Positions 30,519 to 40,884 of a stretch of 64,000 bases of DNA are shown here, piece after piece; position 1 is the first letter of the stretch, and every line of letters starts with the position of its first letter. The notes under the pieces were generated by a model. That model searched no databases. It saw nothing but the letters and a program-made list of their open reading frames with translations, and had not been told where the DNA came from. The position numbers were made by a program, and so were the translations under genes. Source of the stretch: Candidatus Multivorans sp. (GTDB lineage: Bacteria; Acidobacteriota; Thermoanaerobaculia; Multivoradales; Multivoraceae); assembly GCA_965224025.1 (NCBI GenBank), contig OZ245033.1:2976001-3040000 (forward strand), written 5' to 3'.

Positions 30519-31955
30519 ATGCATCAGTTGCGCAAGCGTCACTACAGAGGCAACGCCGGCAGGCACAAACGCCTGCTCGATCGATCAACGCCTTGCCTGC
30601 TTGCCGTCGTTCTGGTCGCGGCGGCGGCCGCGCGACCATTGACGGCCGAAACCGATCAGCAGCCTCGGCTGGCCGAGGGCCCCGTGCCGGCAGGGGCCGA
30701 TCTGGTCGCGGAGGGCATCCGGGAGCCGGAACTGCGCGCCCTGGTCGAGGAGTCGCTGGACCGGTATCCGGCTATTCGAGCCGGTTTCGCGCGCGCCCGC
30801 GCCGCCGCGCAGAAGGCGCCCCAGGTTGCCTCCCTGCCTGACCCGACGGCGGAAGCGACGGCCTTCCTCCTGCCGCCGGAAACCCGCGTCGGCCCTCAGC
30901 GCCTCATGCTCGGCTTCAGCCAGGCCGTGCCGTGGTTGGCCAAGCTCGATCTGAAGGAAGCCGCCGCGCTCCAGGAGGCTGTCGCCGTGGAACACGAGGT
31001 ACAGGCGGATCGCCTGCGGCTGGTCACCGACGTTCGGCGGCTGTACCACGAACTCCTCTTTCTGGATCGTTCGCGGGTAACCGTGACGACCCTGCTGGAA
31101 GACCTGGACCAGCACGAGGAAGTAGCCCAGGCCCGCTACGCGACCGGCGTCGGTTCGACGCAGGCGGTGCTCAAGCTGCAGGCGGAGATGACGCGGGCCC
31201 GACAGGAGCTGCTGGACCTCGACTCCAGGGAAGCGGCTTTTCGCGCGCGGCTGAACGCCCTGAGGGATCGGCCGCCAGCGACGCCGGTGACGAGAGGGGC
31301 GTTGCCGGAGGGCATCGGGGAGGTCGGCCTGAAGCCGGAGCAGCTACTCGACCAGGCGCGAAGTGCGCGGCCGGAGCTGCAGGCCGCCGATGCACGGCTG
31401 GCGCGTGCCGACCTGGTGGAGCGTCTGGCCCGGATGGCTCGCCGGCCGGACTTCAAGGTTGGCGTCACCTACACGCTGGTGACATCGCGCGACGACGATG
31501 CCGCGCGCCTTCTGGCGATTCAGGGTGACGGCAACGACGTGTTCGGCCTGCGCGGTGGCGTCACGCTGCCGGTCCGGAAACGGAGCCGCGCCGCCGCGAT
31601 CCAGGAGGCGCTCGACCTGCGGTCGCACGCCGTGGACGAGAGACGGCACGCGGAACTGTCGATCGAAACGGAAGTAGGCGATCTGACCGAGAGGCTGCCG
31701 TTGGCCTGGCGCCGATTGCGGTTGCTCGAGGACCTGCTGGTCGTCCAGGCCGACGAGGCGCTCGAGTCGGCCGAGGCGGGGTACATCGCGGGCGCCCTGA
31801 ACACCCTCGACCTCGTCGACGCCGAGGAGGTGCTGTTCGAGGCGCGGACGGCGGTCGACAAGGCGCGGGTGGACTATCTGATCGGCTTGGCGGAACTGGA
31901 GGGTGCTGTCGGCAGACCGTTGCCGGCGCCTGCGAGTGGAGGAACGGAGCAATGA
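30519..31955 (+). CDS. TolC-family outer membrane efflux protein (CusC role)
   Basis: Signal peptide; LPDP, RYATG and PDFKVG OEP repeat pattern; first gene of an RND operon. Confidence 0.85.
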   Translation: MHQLRKRHYRGNAGRHKRLLDRSTPCLLAVVLVAAAAARPLTAETDQQPRLAEGPVPAGADLVAEGIREPELRALVEESLDRYPAIRAGFARARAAAQKAPQVASLPDPTAEATAFLLPPETRVGPQRLMLGFSQAVPWLAKLDLKEAAALQEAVAVEHEVQADRLRLVTDVRRLYHELLFLDRSRVTVTTLLEDLDQHEEVAQARYATGVGSTQAVLKLQAEMTRARQELLDLDSREAAFRARLNALRDRPPATPVTRGALPEGIGEVGLKPEQLLDQARSARPELQAADARLARADLVERLARMARRPDFKVGVTYTLVTSRDDDAARLLAIQGDGNDVFGLRGGVTLPVRKRSRAAAIQEALDLRSHAVDERRHAELSIETEVGDLTERLPLAWRRLRLLEDLLVVQADEALESAEAGYIAGALNTLDLVDAEEVLFEARTAVDKARVDYLIGLAELEGAVGRPLPAPASGGTEQ

Positions 31956-33460
31956 CGAACCAGACGAACGGTGCCGGGCATGCGGTCCGAACCTGGCTGC
32001 GCTCGGCAGCGTGGGTCGCGGGCAGCTTCGCCGTCTTCTACATCCTCTTCTTCGATCCACTGGGCATGCATCCGCTGGACGGGTGGCTGGAACGGACGGT
32101 CGGCTACCGGACAGGGTCGATGGCGATGGGCGGCGGTGAGGAAGCCTCGGCGTCCGGCGGCGAACGCGAAGTCGTCTTCTACCGGAATCCGATGGATCCA
32201 ACGATCACCTCGCCGGTGCCGGCCAGGGACGAGATGGGCATGGACTACGTGCCGGTGTACACGGACGAGGCGGAGCGGGCGCTGGGCGCCGGAACGACCG
32301 TCACGATCGACCCGGTCGTGGTCCAGAACATGAACGTCCAGACGGAGATGGTCGAGAAGGGGGATCTCCGCCACGAGATCAGGACCGTCGGCTACCTCGA
32401 GTACGACCAGGAGCGGATGGTCACCGTGACGACGAAGTACGACGGCTGGGTCGAGAAGGTCCACGTCAACTACGTCGGCGAGCCGGTCACGAAGGGCGAG
32501 GGGCTGTTCGAGGTCTACTCGCCGGAGCTGGTCCAGACCGCGCATGAACTGCTGTCGGCGATCCGGTACGCCGCCAGGCTGGGCAACGCGCCGGGCGACG
32601 CCCGGCTGCATGCCGAGGCCCTGGTGGAAGCGGCGCGGACGCGGCTCGCGTTCTGGGACATCTCCGCGGAGCAGATCGCTCGGCTCGAGGAGACGGGCGA
32701 GATCTTCCGGACACTGACGGTGACCGCGCCCGCGGGCGGTCTGGTGATGAAACGGATGCCGGGTCTCGAGGGCATGGCGGTGACGCCGGGCATGGAGGCG
32801 TACCACATCGCCGACATCACCTCCCTGTGGCTGTCGGTCGAGGTCTTCGAGGACCAGGTGGTGTGGATCCGTCCCGGCACCGAGGCGGAGGTGACCTTTA
32901 CCTACTTCCCGGGCGAGACGATCCGCGGCACGGTCGAGTTCATCGAACCCGAACTGTCGGAACAGACCCGGACCCTGACGGTCAAGATCGCCGTGCCGAA
33001 TCCGGACGGCCGCCTGCGCAAGGGGATGTTCGCCACCGTGGTCTTCGATCCAGTGATCGTACGCGGAGCGGTGACGGTTCCGAGCGAGTCGGTTCTGCGG
33101 ACCGGACGCCGCAACGTCGTCATCACGGCGCTGGGCGACGGCCGCTTCAAACCCCGGGAAGTCGAGCTGGGCCATGCGCACGGAGGGCTGGTGGAAGTGC
33201 ATTCGGGCCTGGAGGCGGGCGACCGGATCGTGACGTCGTCGCAATTCCTGCTGGACTCGGAGTCCAAGCTGCGCGCGGCGGTGCAACAGATGCTGAGCGG
33301 CGCCGCGACGCCGGCGGCAGGTCGTGAAGGCCACGAGATGGGCGGGATGGACCAGGACGAGGATCACGCGGGCCACGACATGGGCCACCAGGGTGACGCG
33401 GTTGCCGAACCCGAGGACGCGCCCGAACCGCGCCAAGTGCACGAGAACGACGGCAGGTGA
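31952..33460 (+). CDS. cusB: CusB-like heavy-metal efflux membrane fusion protein
   Basis: YRNPMDP...DEMGMDYVP metal-binding domain, VYSPEL, QFLLDSES, His/Met-rich tail. Confidence 0.9.
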   Translation: MTNQTNGAGHAVRTWLRSAAWVAGSFAVFYILFFDPLGMHPLDGWLERTVGYRTGSMAMGGGEEASASGGEREVVFYRNPMDPTITSPVPARDEMGMDYVPVYTDEAERALGAGTTVTIDPVVVQNMNVQTEMVEKGDLRHEIRTVGYLEYDQERMVTVTTKYDGWVEKVHVNYVGEPVTKGEGLFEVYSPELVQTAHELLSAIRYAARLGNAPGDARLHAEALVEAARTRLAFWDISAEQIARLEETGEIFRTLTVTAPAGGLVMKRMPGLEGMAVTPGMEAYHIADITSLWLSVEVFEDQVVWIRPGTEAEVTFTYFPGETIRGTVEFIEPELSEQTRTLTVKIAVPNPDGRLRKGMFATVVFDPVIVRGAVTVPSESVLRTGRRNVVITALGDGRFKPREVELGHAHGGLVEVHSGLEAGDRIVTSSQFLLDSESKLRAAVQQMLSGAATPAAGREGHEMGGMDQDEDHAGHDMGHQGDAVAEPEDAPEPRQVHENDGR

Positions 33461-33464
33461 TCCG

Positions 33465-36400
33465 ATGCTGAACCGGCTCATCGAGTGGTCCCTGCGCAAC
33501 CAGTTGCTGGTCGCGGCGGGACTGGTCCTGGCCGTCGCGGCCGGGGTGTGGTCGGTTCGGACCACGCGCATCGACGCGATACCCGACCTGTCGGACGTGC
33601 AGGTGATCCTCTACACGGAGTTTCCGGGGCAGGCGCCCCAGGTGGTCGAGGACCAGGTGACCTACTCGATTACCTCGACGATGCTGTCGGTGCCGTACGC
33701 CAAGGTCGTGCGCGGCTACTCGTTTTTCGGCTTCTCCTTCGTCTACGTCATCTTCGAGGACGGCACGGACCTCTACTGGGCGCGCTCCCGGGTGCTCGAG
33801 TCCGTGGCCGGGCTCGGGAGCAGGTTGCCGCCGGGCGTGTCGCCGCAGCTCGGGCCGGACGCCACCGGCGTGGGCTGGGCCTTCATGTACGTGCTCAACT
33901 CGGACTCGCGGTCCCTGGCGGATCTCCGCTCGCTCCAGGACTGGTACCTGAAGTACGGCCTGCTGGCGGTCGAAGGGGTGTCGGAAGTGGCCTCGATCGG
34001 CGGCTTCGTGCGCCAGTACCAGGTCGAGGTGGATCCGGTCCGCCTCCGAGCTTACGGTCTCTCCCTGCCGGTCGTGCGGCGGGCGATCCAGGAGTCGAAT
34101 GCGGACGTCGGCGGTCGCCTGATCGAGGTGGCCGAACGCGAGTACATGGTGCGCGGCCGCGGCTACGTGCGGGAACTGCGGGACCTGGAGACGATCGTCC
34201 TGGCGTCCGGCCCCGGTGGGGTTCCGGTGCTGGTCCGGAACGTGGCGAACGTGACGATCGGACCGGAGATCCGCCGCGGCCTCGCCGACTGGAACGGCGA
34301 GGGCGAGACGGTGGGCGGCATCGTCGTCGTCCGCTCGGGCGCCGACACCCGCGCAACGATCGAGCGGGTGAAGGAACGCCTGGCCGAGCTGGCCGGCGGC
34401 ATGCCCGACGACGTCGAGATCTCGGTGGCCTACGACCGGAGCGGACTGATCGAGCGCTCCATCGAGACGCTGACGGACACCCTGCTCGAGGAGTCGATCG
34501 TCGTCGCGGTGGTCTGCCTGGTCTTCCTGTTCCACTTCCGTTCCGCGCTGGTGCCGATCCTGGCCATTCCGGTCTCGGTCCTGCTCGCCTTCGTCGTGAT
34601 GCGGGCCCAGGGCCTCGGCTCGAACATCATGTCGCTCGGCGGCATCGCGATCTCGATCGGCGTGCTCGTCGACGCCTCGATCGTCATGGTCGAGAACGTC
34701 CACCGGCACCTCGCGACACACAAGGGGAAACGGTCCCATTTCGAGATCGTCCTGCGGGCTGCCCAGGAAGTCGGCCCGACGCTGTTCTTCAGCCTGCTGG
34801 TCATCACGGTCTCCTTCCTGCCGGTGTTCACGCTGGAGGCCCAGGAGGGTCGGCTGTTCAAGCCGCTGGCGCTGACCAAGACGTACTCCATGGCGATGGC
34901 GTCCGTGGTCGCGGTGACCGTGGTGCCGGTGTTGATGTTCTGGTTGGTGCGCGGGCGAATCGTCCCGGAAGACCGCAATCCCGTGTCACGGTTCCTGCGC
35001 TTCGTCTACCGCCCGCTGGTGGCGGGAGCCGTTCGGCTCCGCTGGCTGGTCATCGTGCTGATGATCGGCATGCTTGCTTCGAGCCTCGCGCCGCTCAAGC
35101 GCATCGGCTCCGAGTTCATGCCGCCGCTGTGGGAAGGCGACCTGCTCTACATGCCGACGACGCTACCGGGCGTGTCGATCGGGAAGGCGCGGGAGATCGT
35201 TCAGCAGACGGACCGGATCATCCGCAGTTTCCCGGAAGTGGAGACCGTGTTCGGCAAGGTCGGCCGGGCGGAGACGGCGACCGATCCGGCGCCGCTGTCG
35301 ATGCTGGAGACGACGATCGTTCTGAAGGACCAGGACGAGTGGCGTCCCGGCCTGACCCCGGACGGCCTGATCGCCGAACTCGACCGGGCGCTCCAGTTCC
35401 CCGGTCTCACGAACTCCTGGACGATGCCGATCAAGACCCGGATCGACATGCTTTCCACCGGGATCAAGACGCCGGTCGGGATCAAGCTCGGCGGCCCGGA
35501 CCTTGTGACCCTGGAGCGGCTCGCCGAGCAGGTCGAGGCGGTCGTCAAGCCGCTTCCGGGAACACTCTCGGCCTACGCCGAACGGGTCATGGGAGGCGCC
35601 TATCTCGATTTCGACATCGACCGGGAGGCGGCGGCCCGCTTCGGCCTGCGGATCGCCGACATCCAGGACACGATCCAGTCCGCGGTGGGCGGCATGAACG
35701 TGTCCTGGACCGTCGAGGGCCTGGAGCGGTACCCGATCAACCTGCGCTATCCGCGGGAACTGCGGGACGACCCCGAGGCGCTCGAGCAGATCCTGGTCAC
35801 CGCGCCCGGCGGCGCCCAGGTGCCGCTCGGCCAGGTCGCGGCGATCGAGTTCCGCGACGGGCCTCCCGGGATCAAATCCGAGGGAGCGCGGCCGAACGCG
35901 TGGGTATACGTGGACCTGGAGAGCAGCGACATCGGCGGCTGGATCCGCCGCGCTCGCGAGGAAGTGGCGGACAAGGTGGAGCTGCCTCCGGGTTACACGC
36001 TCCTCTGGTCGGGGCAGTACGAGTACATGGAGCGTGCGCGCGACCGTTTTCTGCTCATCGTGCCGCTCACCTTCGTCCTGACCTTCGCGCTGCTGTACCT
36101 GAGCACCCGCTCGGTGATCAAGACCGCGTTCATTGTCTCGGCCGTGCCGTTCTCGCTCGTCGGATCGGTCTGGCTGCTGGATCAGCTCAACTACAACTGG
36201 TCCGTCGCCGTCTGGGTGGGGATGATCGCGCTCGCGGGACTGGCGGCAGAGACGGGGGCCGTGATGCTGCTCTACCTCGATCTCGTATACAACGAACGGA
36301 AGGGCGCTGGAGCGATGGAGACCCTGCGCGATCTCCGCGAGGCGGTGATCCAGGCCGCGGTGCAGCGGATCCGGCCGATCACGATGACCGTGTTGACGAC

Positions 36401-36578
36401 CTTCATCGCCCTCGTGCCCATCCTGTGGGCGACCGGCACCGGCGCCGACGTGATGAAACGGATCGCGGCGCCGATGGTCGGTGGCCTGATGACGGTCTTT
36501 CTCGCGGTGACGTTCGTGTTTCCGGCGCTCTACTTCGTCTGGCGGTCGATGGGGCTCAGGCGATCAACGGCGAAGTGA
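33465..36578 (+). CDS. cusA: CusA Cu(I)/Ag(I) RND efflux pump
   Basis: DAIPDLSDVQVI, LGPDATGVGW; three-Met site contexts DLLYMP, APLSMLET, RIDMLSTG. Confidence 0.95.
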   Translation: MLNRLIEWSLRNQLLVAAGLVLAVAAGVWSVRTTRIDAIPDLSDVQVILYTEFPGQAPQVVEDQVTYSITSTMLSVPYAKVVRGYSFFGFSFVYVIFEDGTDLYWARSRVLESVAGLGSRLPPGVSPQLGPDATGVGWAFMYVLNSDSRSLADLRSLQDWYLKYGLLAVEGVSEVASIGGFVRQYQVEVDPVRLRAYGLSLPVVRRAIQESNADVGGRLIEVAEREYMVRGRGYVRELRDLETIVLASGPGGVPVLVRNVANVTIGPEIRRGLADWNGEGETVGGIVVVRSGADTRATIERVKERLAELAGGMPDDVEISVAYDRSGLIERSIETLTDTLLEESIVVAVVCLVFLFHFRSALVPILAIPVSVLLAFVVMRAQGLGSNIMSLGGIAISIGVLVDASIVMVENVHRHLATHKGKRSHFEIVLRAAQEVGPTLFFSLLVITVSFLPVFTLEAQEGRLFKPLALTKTYSMAMASVVAVTVVPVLMFWLVRGRIVPEDRNPVSRFLRFVYRPLVAGAVRLRWLVIVLMIGMLASSLAPLKRIGSEFMPPLWEGDLLYMPTTLPGVSIGKAREIVQQTDRIIRSFPEVETVFGKVGRAETATDPAPLSMLETTIVLKDQDEWRPGLTPDGLIAELDRALQFPGLTNSWTMPIKTRIDMLSTGIKTPVGIKLGGPDLVTLERLAEQVEAVVKPLPGTLSAYAERVMGGAYLDFDIDREAAARFGLRIADIQDTIQSAVGGMNVSWTVEGLERYPINLRYPRELRDDPEALEQILVTAPGGAQVPLGQVAAIEFRDGPPGIKSEGARPNAWVYVDLESSDIGGWIRRAREEVADKVELPPGYTLLWSGQYEYMERARDRFLLIVPLTFVLTFALLYLSTRSVIKTAFIVSAVPFSLVGSVWLLDQLNYNWSVAVWVGMIALAGLAAETGAVMLLYLDLVYNERKGAGAMETLRDLREAVIQAAVQRIRPITMTVLTTFIALVPILWATGTGADVMKRIAAPMVGGLMTVFLAVTFVFPALYFVWRSMGLRRSTAK

Positions 36579-36749
36579 TCCGGTTCAGGCCCGCGATTCG
36601 GTTGTTGAGGTTAGACTTTCTCCCGCCGGGTCAGGCGTAATGCCCCGCCCCGTCCGTCCGGCGCCCTTGCCGACTCTGTTTTCGGCTTCCTTGCCGACAT
36701 CGGCACGCTGCTCCCATGTGACATCCCGCGCGGAGTGGAGGACACGACG

Positions 36750-37457
36750 ATGACGACGAATGAACCGAAGGAGCGCTCCGACGCTCCCGCCACGCCTGGC
36801 GAAGCCTGGGCGATCCTGAACCGCACAGTCGAGCTGATGGCGGAGAACGAATCCAGGGCGGAGAAGCGGCGGGCCGAGGAGGCGAAGCGGCGGGCCGAGG
36901 AGGCGAAGCGGCGGGCCGAGGCGGACAACAGGCGGCGGGCCGAGGCGGACAGGCAGATGGCCGAGTTGAAGGAGCGAATGCTGGAGACCGACCGGCAGAT
37001 GAAGGAGACCGACCGGCGGCTCAAGAAGGCGGAAGACCTGTTCACATCGCAGTGGGGGAAGCTGATGGAGAGCCTGGTCGAAGGCGACCTCGTGCCACTG
37101 CTGAAACAACGCGGCATCGAGGTGGAACGGACACTTCAGCGAATGACGGGGCGCCGGAACGGAGAGCACTTCGAGATCGACATCGTCGCGGCGAACGGCT
37201 CGGAAGCCGTGGTTGTCGAGGTCAAGACGACGCTGAGGTCCGAAGACGTCACCGACTTCCTGGGCAAGCTCTCCCAGTTCGTGGAGTGGTCGCCGGAGTA
37301 CCGGGAAAGTCGGGTCTACGGCGCGGTGGCTTACCTCAGGAGCGATGCTTCGGTGACGAAGTACGCGGTGCGGCGAGGGTTGTTCGTCATCCGGGCGACC
37401 GGCGACAGCGCGAGCATCGTCAACGAGCTGGACTTCAGACCCCGCGTCTTCTCCTGA
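36750..37457 (+). CDS. Coiled-coil + PD-(D/E)XK nuclease-like protein (DUF3782-like)
   Basis: Repeat-built coiled coil, then WGKLME...EIDIV...VVEVKTTL. Confidence 0.7.
   Translation: MTTNEPKERSDAPATPGEAWAILNRTVELMAENESRAEKRRAEEAKRRAEEAKRRAEADNRRRAEADRQMAELKERMLETDRQMKETDRRLKKAEDLFTSQWGKLMESLVEGDLVPLLKQRGIEVERTLQRMTGRRNGEHFEIDIVAANGSEAVVVEVKTTLRSEDVTDFLGKLSQFVEWSPEYRESRVYGAVAYLRSDASVTKYAVRRGLFVIRATGDSASIVNELDFRPRVFS
36863..36950 (+). repeat. 21-bp coding tandem repeat (KRRAEEA)
   Basis: GAAGCGGCGGGCCGAGGAGGC repeated, with a degenerate fourth copy. Confidence 0.85.
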
Positions 37458-37520
37458 CGCGGTTCGACTCCCCGCGCAGCGTCGTGCCGGTTGGGGGGCC
37501 GTCGAGTTCGAGGAGACCCT

Positions 37521-38156
37521 TCAGGAGAATGTCGGCTTGATCAGGGATTCATCGTCGTTCCGGTAGTTGCCGACCCGCTTCGATACGGAATAGAACTCGA
37601 GGTCGCCGGTGTACGTCTCGATCTGCTCGCCCAAGGTATCTGGGTCCTGTAGCGGACCGTCCAACCACTGTTCGCACGGCGGCTGGGCGATCACCGGCAT
37701 CCGGTCATGGATCCGTGTGATCGCCTTGCCGGCGGGGCAAGTCATGATCGTGCAGGCGAGGCCGTCGGGCGTCCGGTTCCAGACCCCGGCGAAGCCGAAG
37801 GGTCCGCCGCCGGGCATGCGGATGTAGTGGGGCAGGCGGGAGCCGTCGGGCTGCGGTTGCCACTCGTATCAGCCGTCGGCGACGACGAGGCAGCGCCGCC
37901 GGCTCAGGAGGGTGCGGAAACCGGGCGCTTCGACCGCGGTGTCGTCGCGGAGGTTGATCTGGGGACCGCCGCGCTTCCTTGGCAGGCCCCAGCGCATGGT
38001 TCCAAGGGCGCGTCGGCCTTCATGCTTCAGCGCGACCACCGCGGCGTCCTGGGTCGGCGCGATGTTGTATCGGGGCTCCAGGTCCGGCAGTTCTTCCAGC
38101 TCGAAGTGGTCGGCTACGGTTCGTGCTTTCGAGCGGAGGGTGTACCGGCCGCACAT
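37521..38156 (-). pseudogene. SOS response-associated peptidase (SRAP/YedK) with an in-frame TGA
   Basis: MCGRY start, PRYNIAPTQ, RCLVVADG*YEW, IHDRMPVI; both ORF halves share a frame across the stop at 37869-37871. Confidence 0.88.
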
Positions 38157-38262
38157 GGGATCGGATGATACGGCTCGTTCACCCGACTCCCAGGTCCAGG
38201 TGCCGGACATGTACCTGTTCGGCGACTCCCGCGATAGTACCGAGTGGCGTTATCATGAGGCG

Positions 38263-38544
38263 GTGATCAGGAGCTTCCGCGACAGAGGGAGCGAGAAGCT
38301 CTTCCACCGGGAGAGGAACCGCGCGGTTCCAGGGAGCCTCAGGAAGGCTGCGCTTCGGAAGCTGCTGATCCTGGACGCCGCGGAGAGGCTCGAGGATCTG
38401 AGAGTGCCACCCGGAAATCGATTGGAGAAGCTCAAGGGCGACCGAGCCGGCCAACACAGCATCCGCATCAACGACCGGTACAGGATCTGCTTCTTCTGGA
38501 AGAACGCGGGCGCCGATGCCGTCGAGATCGTCGACTACCACTAG
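38263..38544 (+). CDS. higB: HigB (RelE-family) toxin
   Basis: MIRSFRD...PPGNRLEKLKGDRAGQHSIRINDRYRICF...EIVDYH. Confidence 0.93.
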   Translation: MIRSFRDRGSEKLFHRERNRAVPGSLRKAALRKLLILDAAERLEDLRVPPGNRLEKLKGDRAGQHSIRINDRYRICFFWKNAGADAVEIVDYH

Positions 38545-38550
38545 GAGCGC

Positions 38551-38859
38551 ATGATGGCGAAGAAAGTACTGGAGCCGATCCACCCGGGCCGGATCTTGCT
38601 CGACGAATTCTTGGTGCCCCTCAGTCTGAGCCAGTACCGGCTCGCCAAGGGCATCAGTGTGCCCCCCCGCCGGATCAATGAAATAGTCCACGGAAAGCGG
38701 TCCGTGACAGCGGACACGGCGCTTCGCCTCTCGCGCTTCTTCGGCACCAGCGATCGGTTCTGGCTCAATCTCCAGACGCGTTTCGATCTCGAAGTGGAGA
38801 AGGATCGCTTGGGCGAGTTGCTCGAGGCTCAGGTTGAGGTGCTCGCGAGAGCGGGCTGA
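38551..38859 (+). CDS. higA: HigA antitoxin
   Basis: PIHPGRILLDEFL, RINEIVHGKRSVTADTALRL, FWLNLQ. Confidence 0.93.
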   Translation: MMAKKVLEPIHPGRILLDEFLVPLSLSQYRLAKGISVPPRRINEIVHGKRSVTADTALRLSRFFGTSDRFWLNLQTRFDLEVEKDRLGELLEAQVEVLARAG

Positions 38860-38934
38860 TGAACCGGTCCAATCGCTTGCCAGGACCGCTCGCCGCTCGC
38901 TTGAGGGCGTGCCTCCCCATGCTACGAGACACTG

Positions 38935-39465
38935 GTGGCTACACGGTTGCTCGAGCCGCCCGACATGCGAATCGGGCTCGGTTGGGTCACTCGCCGCGGA
39001 CATGGCCGCGAGCTCCACTGGCACAACGGCGGCACCGGCGGCTACCGTTCGTTCCTGGGCTTCGACCTTGAGTCGCGGACCGGCGTCGTCGTGCTGTCGA
39101 AGTCCGGCGACAGCGTCGACGACCTGGGTTTTCACCTCCTGGACTCGCGCTACCGGCTCGTCGTGCCGCCGGCGCTGCGGACCGCGGTCGAGGTGGATCC
39201 GGCGCTCTACGACGCCTACGTCGGCCGGTACCAGCTCGCCGAGAACCTCGTCTTCACCGTTACACGGCAGGGCGATCGGCTGTTCGTCCAACTAACCGGG
39301 CAACCGCGCTTCGAGGTGTTCCCCGAGTCCGAGACGAAGTTCTTCCTGCGCGTCGTGGACGCGCAGATCACGTTCGGGCGCGCTGATGACGGCTCGGTGG
39401 ACCACCTCGTGTTGCACCAGAACGGGGTGGACCAGCAGGCTGGGCGGATCGTGGGAGACGACTGA
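38935..39465 (+). pseudogene. C-terminal fragment of a serine hydrolase (beta-lactamase family) with DUF3471
   Basis: GLGW, WHNGGTGGYRSF, GVVVLS, YVGRYQL present; SxxK and YxN region missing. Confidence 0.78.
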
Positions 39466-39570
39466 AGTCGCTGTACGCTCCAGGCGAGCGACGTATTGAA
39501 GCGGAAGATCGCCATCGGGTCGCGGGTCCCTGGCCCCGAAGAACGATCGCAGTGATGGCCTGCAGTTGCG

Positions 39571-39772
39571 TAGAGAAGCACGTCTACGGTGTCGCTGTGT
39601 CTCTGGGTGCGCGGGTCTTCCGGCCCGCATCAAGCGCGATGCGGCGAAGCCGCGAGCCCGAGTTGTTGTATCCCGGGAGGTTTGTGGCGCCAGAGGAGAA
39701 GGAGCCGGCCTTCGGCCGGCGCGTTTTCTGACCGCCTTCGGCGGATGCGGACCAGAGGGTCCGCGCACCCAG
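39571..39772. repeat. REP-like family B cluster (inverted pair)
   Basis: TAGAGAAG...CTCTGGGTGCGCGGG at 39571-39630 facing the 72-bp unit at 39701-39772. Confidence 0.85.
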
Positions 39773-39883
39773 CGCACGGTCGTTGCCGTGTTGTGGCTCT
39801 CTACTGCAGTTGGCAGGTCGATGGCGCGCTGAAGGGCTCTTACCGCAACCGCGACCGGCGTATCGCGAGCGGTAGAACCCTAC

Positions 39884-40828
39884 TCATGGCGCCAGCACCG
39901 ATTGGATGATCAGCTCCCTGACTGCCTCGACATCCGTGTCCCACACGATGTCGCTCGCGGGTGGACTGGTCGGTCCGATCGCTCTGATGAGAGCAGCCGG
40001 GCGGAGGTCGGCCACGGTCATGCCGCGAGTGTGCTTGCCTTGGACCTCGACGGCCACGGGATGACGGGACCGCTCGAACAGATGGGGGTGGGGTGCCGCG
40101 ATGGCGGCGGTCGCGTCATGCACGGGGACGACGGATTGCCCGACGTACTGCCGGAATCGGTCGCGCAGAAAGTCGATCAGGCCGGCGGCGAACTCGGCCA
40201 CCGGCGTACCGCCCGCCCGCATTCGTGCCGTCTCGTCGTCTCCGAAGACGACCTTGTTCGTTACGTCGAGGCCGACCATGGTCACCGGCGCGGCCTTCTC
40301 GAACACGACGGCCGCCGCCTCCGGGTCGGCCCAGATGTTGAACTCGGCGACCGGTGTGATGTTGCCGGCGCCGGTGCTGCCGCCCATGATCGTCAAGCCG
40401 GCAAGGTGGCGTCGGAGGTCCGGGTCGCGTTTCAGTGCCAGCGCGACGTTGGTCAACGGGCCGATCGCCAGCAGGTGCAGGTCGTCGACGGAGCGGGCGG
40501 TATCGCAGATGTAGGCGACCGCATCGTCGGACGCTTCGGATCGGGTCGGATCGGGCAGGACCGAATCGCCCAGGCCGCTGGCCCCGTGAATCCGGCTCCC
40601 GTCCACTGGATGGCCCGCGAGCGGTCCGGCAGCACCCCGGTGAACCGGTACGTCCACACCGGCAAGCTGCGCGACCGCGAGCGCGTTGCGGGTCGTGCGG
40701 CCAATCCCGACGTTGCCGGCTACGGTCGTGATCCCGACGAGTTCGGCGTGGTGCGCCGCCGCCAGAAGCGCGATCGCGTCGTCGAGTCCGGGATCGCAGT
40801 CCAGGATGAGTTTCTTGCGAGGCGGCAT
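39884..40828 (-). CDS. Inosine-uridine preferring nucleoside hydrolase
   Basis: DCDPGLDDA, HGASGLG, GPLTNVA, AEFNIWADPEAA, VHDA. Confidence 0.93.
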   Translation of the reverse strand: MPPRKKLILDCDPGLDDAIALLAAAHHAELVGITTVAGNVGIGRTTRNALAVAQLAGVDVPVHRGAAGPLAGHPVDGSRIHGASGLGDSVLPDPTRSEASDDAVAYICDTARSVDDLHLLAIGPLTNVALALKRDPDLRRHLAGLTIMGGSTGAGNITPVAEFNIWADPEAAAVVFEKAAPVTMVGLDVTNKVVFGDDETARMRAGGTPVAEFAAGLIDFLRDRFRQYVGQSVVPVHDATAAIAAPHPHLFERSRHPVAVEVQGKHTRGMTVADLRPAALIRAIGPTSPPASDIVWDTDVEAVRELIIQSVLAP

Positions 40829-40884
40829 GGCACTACGGTAGCGCCCTGGTGCGCTGCCGACGACACTGGCTAGGCCGACTTTCA

